Source: an uncultured Ruminococcus sp.
Lineage (GTDB): Bacteria > Bacillota > Clostridia > Oscillospirales > Ruminococcaceae
Direction of reading: 5' to 3'
Length of the DNA: 64,000 nucleotides
Assembly (NCBI GenBank): GCA_946622505.1
Contig: CAMOPY010000002.1
Coordinates: forward strand, 31,570-95,569
The notes beneath the pieces are model-generated. The model did no database searches, had not been told where the DNA came from, and saw nothing but the letters and a program-made list of their open reading frames with translations. The stretch's first letter is position 1. Each line of letters starts with the position of its first letter. This document shows, piece after piece, positions 46,169 through 55,133 of this stretch. A program made the translations under genes and the position numbers.

Positions 46169-46864
46169 TTATTCCGTCTTCTGACCGTAATAGGCATTAG
46201 GGCCGTGCTTTCTCAGAAAATGCTTGTTCTGAAGAGCCGAAGCGGCAGGTGCGGCAGCAGGATTTATCTGAAGTGTAAGCGTGCTCATCTTTGCTACCTC
46301 TTCCAGCACGACCGCATTATAAACAGCCTGTGCGGCATCTCTGCCCCAGGTAAAGGGTCCGTGGCTCTTGCATATAGCGCCCGGAACATAGACAGGGCTT
46401 TTGTTTGCAAAGGCCTCGACGATAGCTTTTCCTGTGTTGTCCTCATACCTATCCTTTATCTCGGCTTCTGTCAGCGCCCTCGCACAGGGTATACTTCCGT
46501 AAAAGGTGTCGGCGTGGGTGGTGCCGAAGCAGGGGATATCCTTTCCTGCCTGTGCCCAGGCCACCGCATAGGTCGAATGGGTGTGGCACACACCGCCTAT
46601 GGTCTGAAATTCCTTATAAAGTCTGAGGTGTGTCGGTGTGTCGGTGGAGGGGTTTAGCCTGCCCTCGACAACGTCCCCGTTCATATTCACGACAACCATA
46701 TCGTTTGCCGACAGCTTGTCATAATCGACGCCGCTGGGCTTGATAACGAACAGCCCCAGCTCACGGTCGATACCGCTGACATTGCCCCAGGTAAAGGTCA
46801 CAAGACCGTGCTTTACCAGAGCCATATTTGCTTCATAGACTTCCAGCTTCAGTTTTTCCAGCAT
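46169..46864 (-). CDS. araD: L-ribulose-5-phosphate 4-epimerase
   Basis: [12 protein letters not shown] metal ligands, 231 aa. Confidence 0.9.
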   Translation of the reverse strand: MLEKLKLEVYEANMALVKHGLVTFTWGNVSGIDRELGLFVIKPSGVDYDKLSANDMVVVNMNGDVVEGRLNPSTDTPTHLRLYKEFQTIGGVCHTHSTYAVAWAQAGKDIPCFGTTHADTFYGSIPCARALTEAEIKDRYEDNTGKAIVEAFANKSPVYVPGAICKSHGPFTWGRDAAQAVYNAVVLEEVAKMSTLTLQINPAAAPAASALQNKHFLRKHGPNAYYGQKTE

Positions 46865-47002
46865 AGTTTTCCCTCGCTTTCATAAAATGCCGCCGCTCGG
46901 GCGGATGGATCTTAAAGAAAAGACACCTCTGCCGTGATACAGCAGAAGTGTCTTAAAAAACAAGTCTTCTATATTGCCGACCTTAGGCTTGGCAATTATG
47001 TT

Positions 47003-48196
47003 TTACTTGACCATAGCAAGTGTATCTCTTGCAATGAGAAGCTCCTCGTTTGTGGGAACGACCCAGACCTCGACCTTGGAGTCGGCAGCAGATATCTTCT
47101 TGATCTCGCCTCTGCACTTATTAGCCTCTGCATCCAGCTTGATACCCAGCCAATCAGCATCTGTAAGAGCATCTCTTCTTACCTCGGGAGCGTTCTCTCC
47201 GATACCGCCGGTGAAGATAACAGCGTCAACACCGTTCATGGCAGCAGCAAAAGCGCCTATGTATTTCTTGATCTGATAAGCCAGCATCTCACAGGTAGCC
47301 TGTGCTCTCTCATCACCCTCAGAGGCAGCCTTCTGGATGTCTCTGTTGTCAGAGCTTATGCCCGAAAGACCAAGGAAGCCCGACTTCTTGTTGGTATATT
47401 CGGTCATCTCGTCGGGAGTAAGACCCAGCTTCTTCATAACGAACAGGATAGCCGAGGGATCAACGGCACCGCATCTGGTTCCCATAACAAGACCGTCAAG
47501 GGGTGTGAAGCCCATTGTCGTGTCAACGCTCTTGCCGCCGTCAACAGCCGTTATGGACGAGCCGTTTCCGAGGTGGCAGGAAACGATCTTGAGATCCTTT
47601 ATATCCTTGCCCATAAGCTCGGCAAGCTTGGCTGTAACGAACCTGTGGGATGTACCGTGGAAGCCGTATTTTCTTACGTGCAGATCCTTGTAGCAGTCAT
47701 AGGGAAGACCGAACAGATAAGCCTTTCTCGGCATAGTGGAGTGGAAAGCTGTATCGAAAACAACGACCTGGGGTGTGCCCTCCGGGAGGACCTCCTTGCA
47801 GGCTCTGAGAGCCAGCGCATGGGGGTGGTTGTGAACGGGAGCCAGCTCTGCCAGGCCGTCGATCTGGTCGATGACCTCGTCGGTCACCAGACAGGTCTCC
47901 TTGAAGATCTCGGCACCCTGGACTATCCTGTGGCCGACAGCAGCGATCTCGGACATAGAGTCGATCACCTTTGTCTCGCCTGTGGTGAGCACCTCGACCA
48001 GCTTTTCAAAAGCCTCTGTATGTGTAGGGAACGAGCAGTCAGCCTCCAGCTTTCTGCCGTCACCTGTTTTTGCACTTATGTGGCCGTCAACACCTATCCT
48101 GTCGGCGTTGCCCTTTGCTATAACGCTCTCGTCTGTCATGTCAAGAAGCTGATACTTCAGCGAGGACGAGCCCGCATTTACAACTAGAATTTTCAT
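47003..48196 (-). CDS. ackA: acetate kinase
   Basis: MKILVVNAGSSSLKYQL, 397 aa. Confidence 0.95.
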   Translation of the reverse strand: MKILVVNAGSSSLKYQLLDMTDESVIAKGNADRIGVDGHISAKTGDGRKLEADCSFPTHTEAFEKLVEVLTTGETKVIDSMSEIAAVGHRIVQGAEIFKETCLVTDEVIDQIDGLAELAPVHNHPHALALRACKEVLPEGTPQVVVFDTAFHSTMPRKAYLFGLPYDCYKDLHVRKYGFHGTSHRFVTAKLAELMGKDIKDLKIVSCHLGNGSSITAVDGGKSVDTTMGFTPLDGLVMGTRCGAVDPSAILFVMKKLGLTPDEMTEYTNKKSGFLGLSGISSDNRDIQKAASEGDERAQATCEMLAYQIKKYIGAFAAAMNGVDAVIFTGGIGENAPEVRRDALTDADWLGIKLDAEANKCRGEIKKISAADSKVEVWVVPTNEELLIARDTLAMVK

Positions 48197-48236
48197 TTTG
48201 GAAATGATCTCCTCTCAAATTATTTGACCTGTCCGC

Positions 48237-48265
48237 TTGACTTGGCGGACAAATTGTCATATACT
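48237..48265 (+). promoter_or_regulatory. sigma-A type promoter TTGACT-17-TATACT for tmcAL; overlaps the inverted repeat tgtccgc/gcggaca
   Basis: Exact 17-nt spacer in the divergent ackA/tmcAL intergenic region. Confidence 0.5.
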
Positions 48266-48398
48266 ATAAGTATATCAGCATTTGTCACTGATTTCAAGAG
48301 GTTTTAATTTTTTTTACATTTTGCACAGTTTTACCTCGCCGTTTCTGTGGGATAAACAAACGCCCGTACCTTATCGGCAGCAAAAAGGGAGCAAGGAT

Positions 48399-49568
48399 AT
48401 GAACATAGCAGGTATAATAGCTGAATATGACCCTTTTCACATCGGCCACGCCTATCACATCCGCAAAACGAAGGAGCTGGGTGCCGATGCGGTCTGCGTC
48501 GTTATGAGCGGCGATTGTGTCCAGAGGGGTATGCCTGCGTTTTTTTCAAAATTTGACAGGGCGGAAGCTGCTGTGAAAAACGGTGCCGATCTTGTGCTGG
48601 AATTGCCTGTCCAGTATGCGGCGGCAGGCACCCCGGTGTTTGCAGGCTATGGGGTCAGGCTGTTGGCGGAGCTTGGGGAGGGCGTTATAAGCAGCATCTC
48701 CTTTGGAAGCGAGACCGGCGACATAAAAGCCCTTGAAGCCGCAGCGGAGGCTGTGGACTCTGTTTCCGACAGCGAAGAGGTAAGGGAGCTGATGCAGCAG
48801 GGACTTTCCTTCGGAAAGGCTGTGACCAAGGCGGCAGGTCAGGCCGGAGAGCTGCTGCTAAACCCCAATGATCTGCTGGCATCGGAATACATAAGGGCGG
48901 CAAAAAAGCTTATGCCGTGGGCGGCCTTTACGGTGGTAAAGCGCATGGGCGCATACCACGGCTCGGATGAGGATAACGAAGAGGCTATATCGGCATCAAA
49001 GATAAGAGCAGGCTTTCCCGACGAGACTGTTTTGAGATACATCCCGGAGCAGTTCCATGAGCTTGCCTGTGTTGATTATGAAAAATACGATTCCTGTGCA
49101 TACTTTCAGCTCATAATGCACCTGAGCCCCGATTTTTTCCATAAGATCATACTGGATCTTCCCGACGGGAGCGAGGCGCTGCTGGGAAGGCTGCTCTCTG
49201 TGGCAGAAAGCGGCTCCTATTCGGGAGCAGAGGAGTTTGCAAGGGCTGTCAGCTCAAAGAATATGACTCTTGCAAAGGCAAGGCGGATAATGCTCGGAAA
49301 TGTTCTTGGTCTTCGCAAGAGCGATATCGGCGCAATACCCTTTGGCAGGGTGCTGGCGCTAAATGAAACGGGTGTGAAGATACTTGCCGAGGTGAAAAAG
49401 AAAAAGGGGCTTTACTGCCGAACGTCACTAAGCGACCTGAGAAAGCGTTCGCCGTTTGCAAAAAGATCGGCGGAGCTGATGCTCACGGCTTCAAGGCTCA
49501 GGGAGTTCTGCACCTATGGCAAGGTGGTCTCGAACGAGCTGACAAGAAAGATCGCAGTGATGAGGTGA
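48399..49568 (+). CDS. tmcAL: tRNA(Met) cytidine acetate ligase-like nucleotidyltransferase (UPF0348/YlbM family)
   Basis: N-terminal IIAEYDPFHIGHAYHI (HxGH motif). ~390 aa after trimming the start to the ATG at 48399. Confidence 0.75.
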   Translation: MNIAGIIAEYDPFHIGHAYHIRKTKELGADAVCVVMSGDCVQRGMPAFFSKFDRAEAAVKNGADLVLELPVQYAAAGTPVFAGYGVRLLAELGEGVISSISFGSETGDIKALEAAAEAVDSVSDSEEVRELMQQGLSFGKAVTKAAGQAGELLLNPNDLLASEYIRAAKKLMPWAAFTVVKRMGAYHGSDEDNEEAISASKIRAGFPDETVLRYIPEQFHELACVDYEKYDSCAYFQLIMHLSPDFFHKIILDLPDGSEALLGRLLSVAESGSYSGAEEFARAVSSKNMTLAKARRIMLGNVLGLRKSDIGAIPFGRVLALNETGVKILAEVKKKKGLYCRTSLSDLRKRSPFAKRSAELMLTASRLREFCTYGKVVSNELTRKIAVMR

Positions 49569-49572
49569 CGAA

Positions 49573-49875
49573 ATGAACAAAAAGTTCTTTATCATTGCGG
49601 CAGCTGTGGTGTGCGCTGTTGGGGCTGTGCTTTTTGCCGTATCCCATAAAACAGACCTTCGCTATAACGACTGGTTCGTTATAGGGAGCACCGAGAAGGA
49701 GATAACAGACAGATACGGCTCCTTTGACAAGGAGTATGGCAGGAAAAAGGGATACTATGTCGGTGACGATGACGCAGCGGTAATGCCGAGTCACCAGCCG
49801 ATGTATTACTGGATAACTTTCGATGACAGCGGCCTGGCAAAGGCTGTTGAGAAGCAGACGAACCCGGGAGGTTGA
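49573..49875 (+). CDS. small membrane-anchored hypothetical protein
   Basis: 100 aa with an N-terminal TM. ATG after GAGGTGA. Confidence 0.5.
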   Translation: MNKKFFIIAAAVVCAVGAVLFAVSHKTDLRYNDWFVIGSTEKEITDRYGSFDKEYGRKKGYYVGDDDAAVMPSHQPMYYWITFDDSGLAKAVEKQTNPGG

Positions 49876-49879
49876 AACT

Positions 49880-51991
49880 TTGAAAAAGCTGGCGGCTTTA
49901 TTTATTACGATCACATATTGTGTCATGGCAGCGCTGCCGGCTTTTGCAGACGCTTATGACCCCAGAGGCACAGAGCGCATATCCGCTGTAAGGTCACAGG
50001 GGACCAGCGGCTCCTGCTGGGCTTTTGCAGCACTTGCCTGCGCAGAGGCAGACCTTATCTCTCAGGGAAAAGAGGGAGCAGGTGTCGATCTGTCCGAAAG
50101 CGCATTCGTTATGAGCTCGGGCGCTGAGATGCCTTTTTCTCAGGCAGGCAGCGCTGCTTTGGCACAGCTTCTTATGGCGCTGCAAAAGGGTGTCTGCTAT
50201 GACGAGTTCGAGCCGTTTTTCGGTAATTGCCAGCAGTCGGCCGTGGTGTCTGCCGAAAAGATGAGGGTGTGCGAATACGGACTTTCCGAGTCTTATGAGA
50301 TAGCTCCCGAAGATGTCAAGGCGCAGGTGAAGGAGCACGGTGCGGTGTATGTGAGCCAGTATTATAACAAGGCTTACTTATCCGGAAACGGCAAAAGCTA
50401 CTATTGTCCCGTGCAGGATGTGAAGGTGAACCACGCTGCAGCTGTTATCGGCTGGGACGACGAATATTCGAGGGAGAATTTTAAAGACCTTCCCGAAAAC
50501 GATGGAGCGTGGTTGATAAAGGGCTCCTGGGGAGCACAGGTTTCGGACGACGGCTGCTACTGGGTGTCTTATGAGGACAAGGGGCTGTCGGGCTTTACGG
50601 TGTTCGGGATGACTGAGCCTGCCGACAGCGTTTACAGCCGTGCAGCCAGGCTGCCTGCGGTAAACCTTTCTGCAAATGGCGAGATAAGCGGAGCGAACAT
50701 TTTTACAGCCGAGAGCGATATCACTCTTGACAGAGCAGGCTTTCTTTATCTGTCAGACGGTGAGGCGGACTACGAACTGACCGTCTGCACCGGGGTGTCT
50801 TCCTCGTCCCCTGTGGGAAAGACCGCCGCAAAAGCGAGCGGCACCGTGACCTCAAAGGGTTTTTTCACTGCTGACTTTGACCCTGTGACCATAAAAAAAG
50901 GCGAGCGCTTTTCTGTCAGCGTAAAGCTTGTCGCAGACACGCCCGCTCTTGCTGCCCAGAGGGGCAAAGAGAGCACATCGGGAGTGTCCTTCGTTAAGAC
51001 CACGGGCAGCTGGAGGGACCTTTCGGCTGACAGCCTGAACGCATCGACACCCTATATTTTTGCTTATGCTTCCGAGCAGGCACAGCCCTACCGTGAGCAG
51101 CTGAGAGCGGTGATAAATGATAGTTTTGCAGATGCTGCTTGTGAGCGTGAAATGGTCTATGCACTGGAAAAATATGAGGATGAAAGCAGCAGCGCAAGAG
51201 AGCTTAAAAACGCCCGTGACCTTGTTCTTTCGGCTGCGGCCGAGAATGACGAGGACCTTATCATAAGGTCGGTGAGCGACTGGCGAAGCTTTGCAAAGGC
51301 CGTGAGCAGCGGTGATGATATGCTCGGAAAAACGGTGGTGCTTGCGGCGGACATAGACTTCGGAGGAATGAACATAGCTCCTGTCGGCAATGACGAAAAC
51401 GGCTTTGCAGGGATGTTTGACGCAAGAGGCCACATACTGAAAAACGCCGTCATCGACAGCGGTGACAGCGAGTATTCGGGTCTTTTTGCAAGGCTTGAAA
51501 AAGGAGCATCGGTCATTGGCACGACGCTTGAAAACGTCCGTGTGCTCGGGATGACATCGGGCGGGATCTGCGGGATATCGGAGGCCTACGAGATAAAGCG
51601 CTGTGCGTTTTACGGCAGCGTTACCGGGGCTGACAGGGCAGGGCTCCTGGCAGGGGCATCTGAGGGGACCGTGTTCACAGACTGTATAGCCGGCGATGAG
51701 CCGTGGCTCTCACAGAAAAACATTGTCTGTGTTATGACCCGGACGGACGACACCGACAGGGCTTTGTCACTTGGCTGGGAGCTTCGTGACGGCGTTATGA
51801 CCCAGCCGCTCTCTGTTCTCGGACGTGCCTATGGTTTTGGGTATCTTGGCTCCTTCACCTCGGGCAGCACCGAATATCTGCGCATCTCCTGCGGCATAAT
51901 GGAGCGCCTGCAAATGGCGGTGATAAAGGCAGCAATTGATGAGCTGTTCAGGCCGATATGCAGCAGAAGGATATATCCCATATATATCTGA
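49880..51991 (+). CDS. secreted papain-family (C1) cysteine peptidase with C-terminal GLUG-like repeat region
   Basis: Catalytic Cys in QGTSGSCWAFAA, His in VNHAAAVIGWDD, and GSWG. TTG start at 49880 lies 9 nt after GGGAGG and gives a signal peptide. C-terminal repeats such as GGICG, AGLLAG and SGLFA are GLUG-like. Confidence 0.8.
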   Translation: MKKLAALFITITYCVMAALPAFADAYDPRGTERISAVRSQGTSGSCWAFAALACAEADLISQGKEGAGVDLSESAFVMSSGAEMPFSQAGSAALAQLLMALQKGVCYDEFEPFFGNCQQSAVVSAEKMRVCEYGLSESYEIAPEDVKAQVKEHGAVYVSQYYNKAYLSGNGKSYYCPVQDVKVNHAAAVIGWDDEYSRENFKDLPENDGAWLIKGSWGAQVSDDGCYWVSYEDKGLSGFTVFGMTEPADSVYSRAARLPAVNLSANGEISGANIFTAESDITLDRAGFLYLSDGEADYELTVCTGVSSSSPVGKTAAKASGTVTSKGFFTADFDPVTIKKGERFSVSVKLVADTPALAAQRGKESTSGVSFVKTTGSWRDLSADSLNASTPYIFAYASEQAQPYREQLRAVINDSFADAACEREMVYALEKYEDESSSARELKNARDLVLSAAAENDEDLIIRSVSDWRSFAKAVSSGDDMLGKTVVLAADIDFGGMNIAPVGNDENGFAGMFDARGHILKNAVIDSGDSEYSGLFARLEKGASVIGTTLENVRVLGMTSGGICGISEAYEIKRCAFYGSVTGADRAGLLAGASEGTVFTDCIAGDEPWLSQKNIVCVMTRTDDTDRALSLGWELRDGVMTQPLSVLGRAYGFGYLGSFTSGSTEYLRISCGIMERLQMAVIKAAIDELFRPICSRRIYPIYI

Positions 51992-52023
51992 CAGTCTAAC
52001 AACTGTAAATATATAAATACAAT

Positions 52024-52057
52024 ATGCGGTATTTGCACAGCTTTGCAAATACCGCAT
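52024..52057. terminator. bidirectional terminator: 14-bp perfect inverted repeat between peptidase and GGDEF genes
   Basis: atgcggtatttgca-cagctt-tgcaaataccgcat. Confidence 0.7.
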
Positions 52058-52061
52058 TTAG

Positions 52062-53492
52062 TTATACACGTCTTCTTTTCATTTTCTTTTTGTTCGAGTA
52101 CATATCCATGTCGGCACGGTTGAAAACATCCGCCAGCTCAAGGTCACGCTCTCTCTCAAAATCCGCAATTCCGCAGGCAAGCGACGGCTTGCCGTCCGAG
52201 CGCTGTCTCGACATCTGAGCACGCAGCGAGCGGATGATGTTGCGCCTGTTGAAGTGATCCTCGCCCACAAGTATTACAGCGAACTCGTCTCCGCCGATCC
52301 TGAAAACAGGACTGTGCTTGAACTTCTTGCATATCTCGGCACAGGCACCCTTTATGCTCTCGTCACCGACATTATGCCCGAGCGTGTCGTTTATCATCTT
52401 CAGCTCATTAAGATCACACACAACGATCGAGAAATCGTTCATTCCCCCGTCGCTGATCTTACGGTTTATCTCGGCCTCATACTGAGAGTAGGACATCTTG
52501 TTCTTAACACCCGTCAGCGAATCCCTTGTCGCCATGCTCATCGCTGTACCCAGTGCCTTCTTGGCTTCGAGTTCACGCCTCGTAGATGAATCTACATTGC
52601 TTATCCCTATTATGATATGCTCCTCATTCCCGATAGGTCTTACTGCACGCATATTCATATAGGTCGGTTTCCCGTCGCATATCAGCCTGTAAGTCTGGGT
52701 ATAGACATCATCCGTGTTGACCGTCGAAAGAAAGCTTTCTTTTTGCAGCTGCTTCTGAAGCAGCGGAAGGTCATCGGGATGTATCTCGTATTTCATATTT
52801 TCCGAAGCAAACGGAAGAAAGCTTTCACCCAGCTTTTTTGTGTGAAGCTTTTCATTCTGGTCTCCGACCACATATTCTATAAACTTCTCCGTAACGGTAT
52901 TTATATAATATATAGCCTCATACCTGCTCGCAAGCCCCTCGGCGATCTTGCGGAAGGTCTCGTTGCGCTGGTTCTCCTCCACCTCACGGCGAGTCTGTAT
53001 ATCGACATTTCTTACGCCCACAAAGATATGTTCCTTGTCGGTCATCGTTGCCTTCAGATTATAGTAAAGCGGTCTGTCCTCAAGCACCAGGCGATAGTCC
53101 AGAGTAAAGGAGGACTTGCAGAGAGTATCGAGCAGCTTCTCCTTTCTGAGAGATGCCACGAACCTTTCACGGTCTTCCTCGTAAACCAGCTTTCCTGCGT
53201 TTATAACAGTATCTGCAAAAAAGTCATCGCCCCTGCTTGCGATAGTGAGCGAGTCTTCTCCCTCTTTCGGCACATATTCAACATAGCTGTTGTCGGTGAT
53301 GCTTATATAATAAACGCTGGTATAGTCGCTGGCAAGCGACCTTGCAAGCCTTGTGAAGGTCATATCCCTGCTGCCTGTCTCGTCTGTTTTTTTATGTCTT
53401 ACAGCGGTGCCTCTCTTTTTAAGGGCCACCTTGACTGCTGTTGCTGCCGCAGCCGCTGAGGCTGTACAAATTATCGCTTTTGATCTGCTCAT
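52062..53492 (-). CDS. GGDEF diguanylate cyclase with two tandem N-terminal sensor-like repeats
   Basis: C-terminal RIGGDEFAV active site. Two similar N-terminal modules (SVYYISITDNSYVEYV / EAIYYINTVTEKFIEYV). The start is trimmed to the ATG at 53492. Confidence 0.85.
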   Translation of the reverse strand: MSRSKAIICTASAAAAATAVKVALKKRGTAVRHKKTDETGSRDMTFTRLARSLASDYTSVYYISITDNSYVEYVPKEGEDSLTIASRGDDFFADTVINAGKLVYEEDRERFVASLRKEKLLDTLCKSSFTLDYRLVLEDRPLYYNLKATMTDKEHIFVGVRNVDIQTRREVEENQRNETFRKIAEGLASRYEAIYYINTVTEKFIEYVVGDQNEKLHTKKLGESFLPFASENMKYEIHPDDLPLLQKQLQKESFLSTVNTDDVYTQTYRLICDGKPTYMNMRAVRPIGNEEHIIIGISNVDSSTRRELEAKKALGTAMSMATRDSLTGVKNKMSYSQYEAEINRKISDGGMNDFSIVVCDLNELKMINDTLGHNVGDESIKGACAEICKKFKHSPVFRIGGDEFAVILVGEDHFNRRNIIRSLRAQMSRQRSDGKPSLACGIADFERERDLELADVFNRADMDMYSNKKKMKRRRV

Positions 53493-53654
53493 ATTCTCAT
53501 CTCTTTTCGTGGTCAGGGAACGGTCAAAACTGTATGAACAGCCATTACGAACACGATGGCGATTACCTGTTATCATTTTACCATAATATATTCACAATGT
53601 CAATAGAAATTTTAAAACTTTGTATCCAAATTGAAACAAATTGCACAATGATGA

Positions 53655-53703
53655 TAAAAACAAACAGAACAGTGGTCTTCAGGGCGAACGACTGCTGTTC
53701 TGT
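53655..53703 (-). terminator. intrinsic terminator after thrB
   Basis: acagaacag/ctgttctgt outer stem followed by ttgttttt on the minus strand. Confidence 0.65.
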
Positions 53704-53739
53704 CTGCTGATCTTTTTTTTACGTCATTACCGTACTGTC

Positions 53740-54633
53740 TCACTCGGAAATTATGGCTGTTCCGCTGTTGTCTATGCCGAACTCGTGGACCGTCCAGCCC
53801 GAAAGCCCTGCGTTGTCCAGCGAGAACTTGACCTTGCCTGCAAAAAACTCGTTCTTGTCGTCAACTATCGCCATGACAGTGGGGCCTGCGCCGCTTATAT
53901 AAGCTGCATAGGCGCCGTGAGCATAAGCGATGTCGAACACCTCTTTGCAGTTTGGTATCAGCGCCATCCTGTATGGCTGGTGGAGCTTGTCGTTCACGGC
54001 TGTTCTCAGGTTCTCATACTTGCCTGTCAGGAGCGAAGCCGAGAAAAGCGCCGCCCTTGAAAGGTTGAACACAGCATCCTTGTGAGACACCTCTGCCGGA
54101 AGACAGCCTCTTGCGTCCTCGGTTATAAGCTTGAAGTCGGGGATCAGGGCAACGAATTTGAGCTTGGTATAGACCTCCTGCTTCACCCATTCCACACGTC
54201 TTCCGTCAAAAACTGCGGTGACTATACCTCCCAGCAGAGCGGGAGCGGTGTTGTCGGGGTGGCCCTCTATCTGTGCCGCAAGGTCAACAAGGTCGTCCTT
54301 GGTCAGCGGGTCGCCCAGGAGCCTGTTGGCACCGACCAGACCTGCGATAATGCAGGCGGAGGAGGAGCCCAGCCCTCTTGCCATAGGGATATTGTTTGTC
54401 TGTCTCAGTTTAAGCCCTTTTAACTGCTTTCCGCAGACATTGAAAAGATCCTTTGCGGAAATATATATCAGGTTCTTTTCGTCGGCGGGCACATCCAGCC
54501 CGTCGGTCGAAGCGATATCGACAGTGTCGCTCTCGCCTATCTCGACATAGTTATAAAACGTGAGCGCCAGACCGAGCGCATCAAACCCTGCGCCCAGATT
54601 GGCGGAGGTGGCAGGTATCCTTATCTTTATCAT
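53740..54633 (-). CDS. thrB: homoserine kinase
   Basis: PATSANLGAGFD and GHMP motif GLGSSSA. The start is trimmed to the ATG at 54633, after AAGGAG. Confidence 0.9.
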   Translation of the reverse strand: MIKIRIPATSANLGAGFDALGLALTFYNYVEIGESDTVDIASTDGLDVPADEKNLIYISAKDLFNVCGKQLKGLKLRQTNNIPMARGLGSSSACIIAGLVGANRLLGDPLTKDDLVDLAAQIEGHPDNTAPALLGGIVTAVFDGRRVEWVKQEVYTKLKFVALIPDFKLITEDARGCLPAEVSHKDAVFNLSRAALFSASLLTGKYENLRTAVNDKLHQPYRMALIPNCKEVFDIAYAHGAYAAYISGAGPTVMAIVDDKNEFFAGKVKFSLDNAGLSGWTVHEFGIDNSGTAIISE

Positions 54634-54644
54634 AGCTGCTCCTT

Positions 54645-55049
54645 TCATATCTCGGGGTGGAGCTTGAGTATCTCGTATATATGCCCGATATTGCCCTCGC
54701 CTGCAAAGCGTGACATATCAAAAAAATTCTCCGAAACGGACATCCATACCAGCTCGTTCTCTTCTCCCGATACCTGTTTTTCTGTTTTCAGCCGCCCTGC
54801 ATATATCTCCACATAGCAGCCGTCCAGCGGATAATCAAAGCTCATCAGTCTCACGATGCCGATATCATCCCGTGTGAGGGCTGTTTCCTCAAAAAGCTCC
54901 CGATATGCGGCATCAAGGTGATCCTCGCCCGCTTCTATCTTTCCTCCCACAAGGTTATAAAGCCCCTTATAGGGGTCTTTCAGTCTTTTGCACATAAGCC
55001 AGCGCTCACCGTCGGGGTGAAGCACGGCTATGCAGTTGTAGCCCTGCAT
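54645..55049 (-). CDS. NUDIX hydrolase
   Basis: Nudix box GGKIEAGEDHLDAAYRELFEETAL. Confidence 0.8.
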   Translation of the reverse strand: MQGYNCIAVLHPDGERWLMCKRLKDPYKGLYNLVGGKIEAGEDHLDAAYRELFEETALTRDDIGIVRLMSFDYPLDGCYVEIYAGRLKTEKQVSGEENELVWMSVSENFFDMSRFAGEGNIGHIYEILKLHPEI

Positions 55050-55133
55050 ATCATCAACTCCGGTATTTAAGAAAATTCAAGCTCCTGCATAACAGGAGCT
55101 TTGATATCATCCTTGCGATCCTGACCCGGCAGA

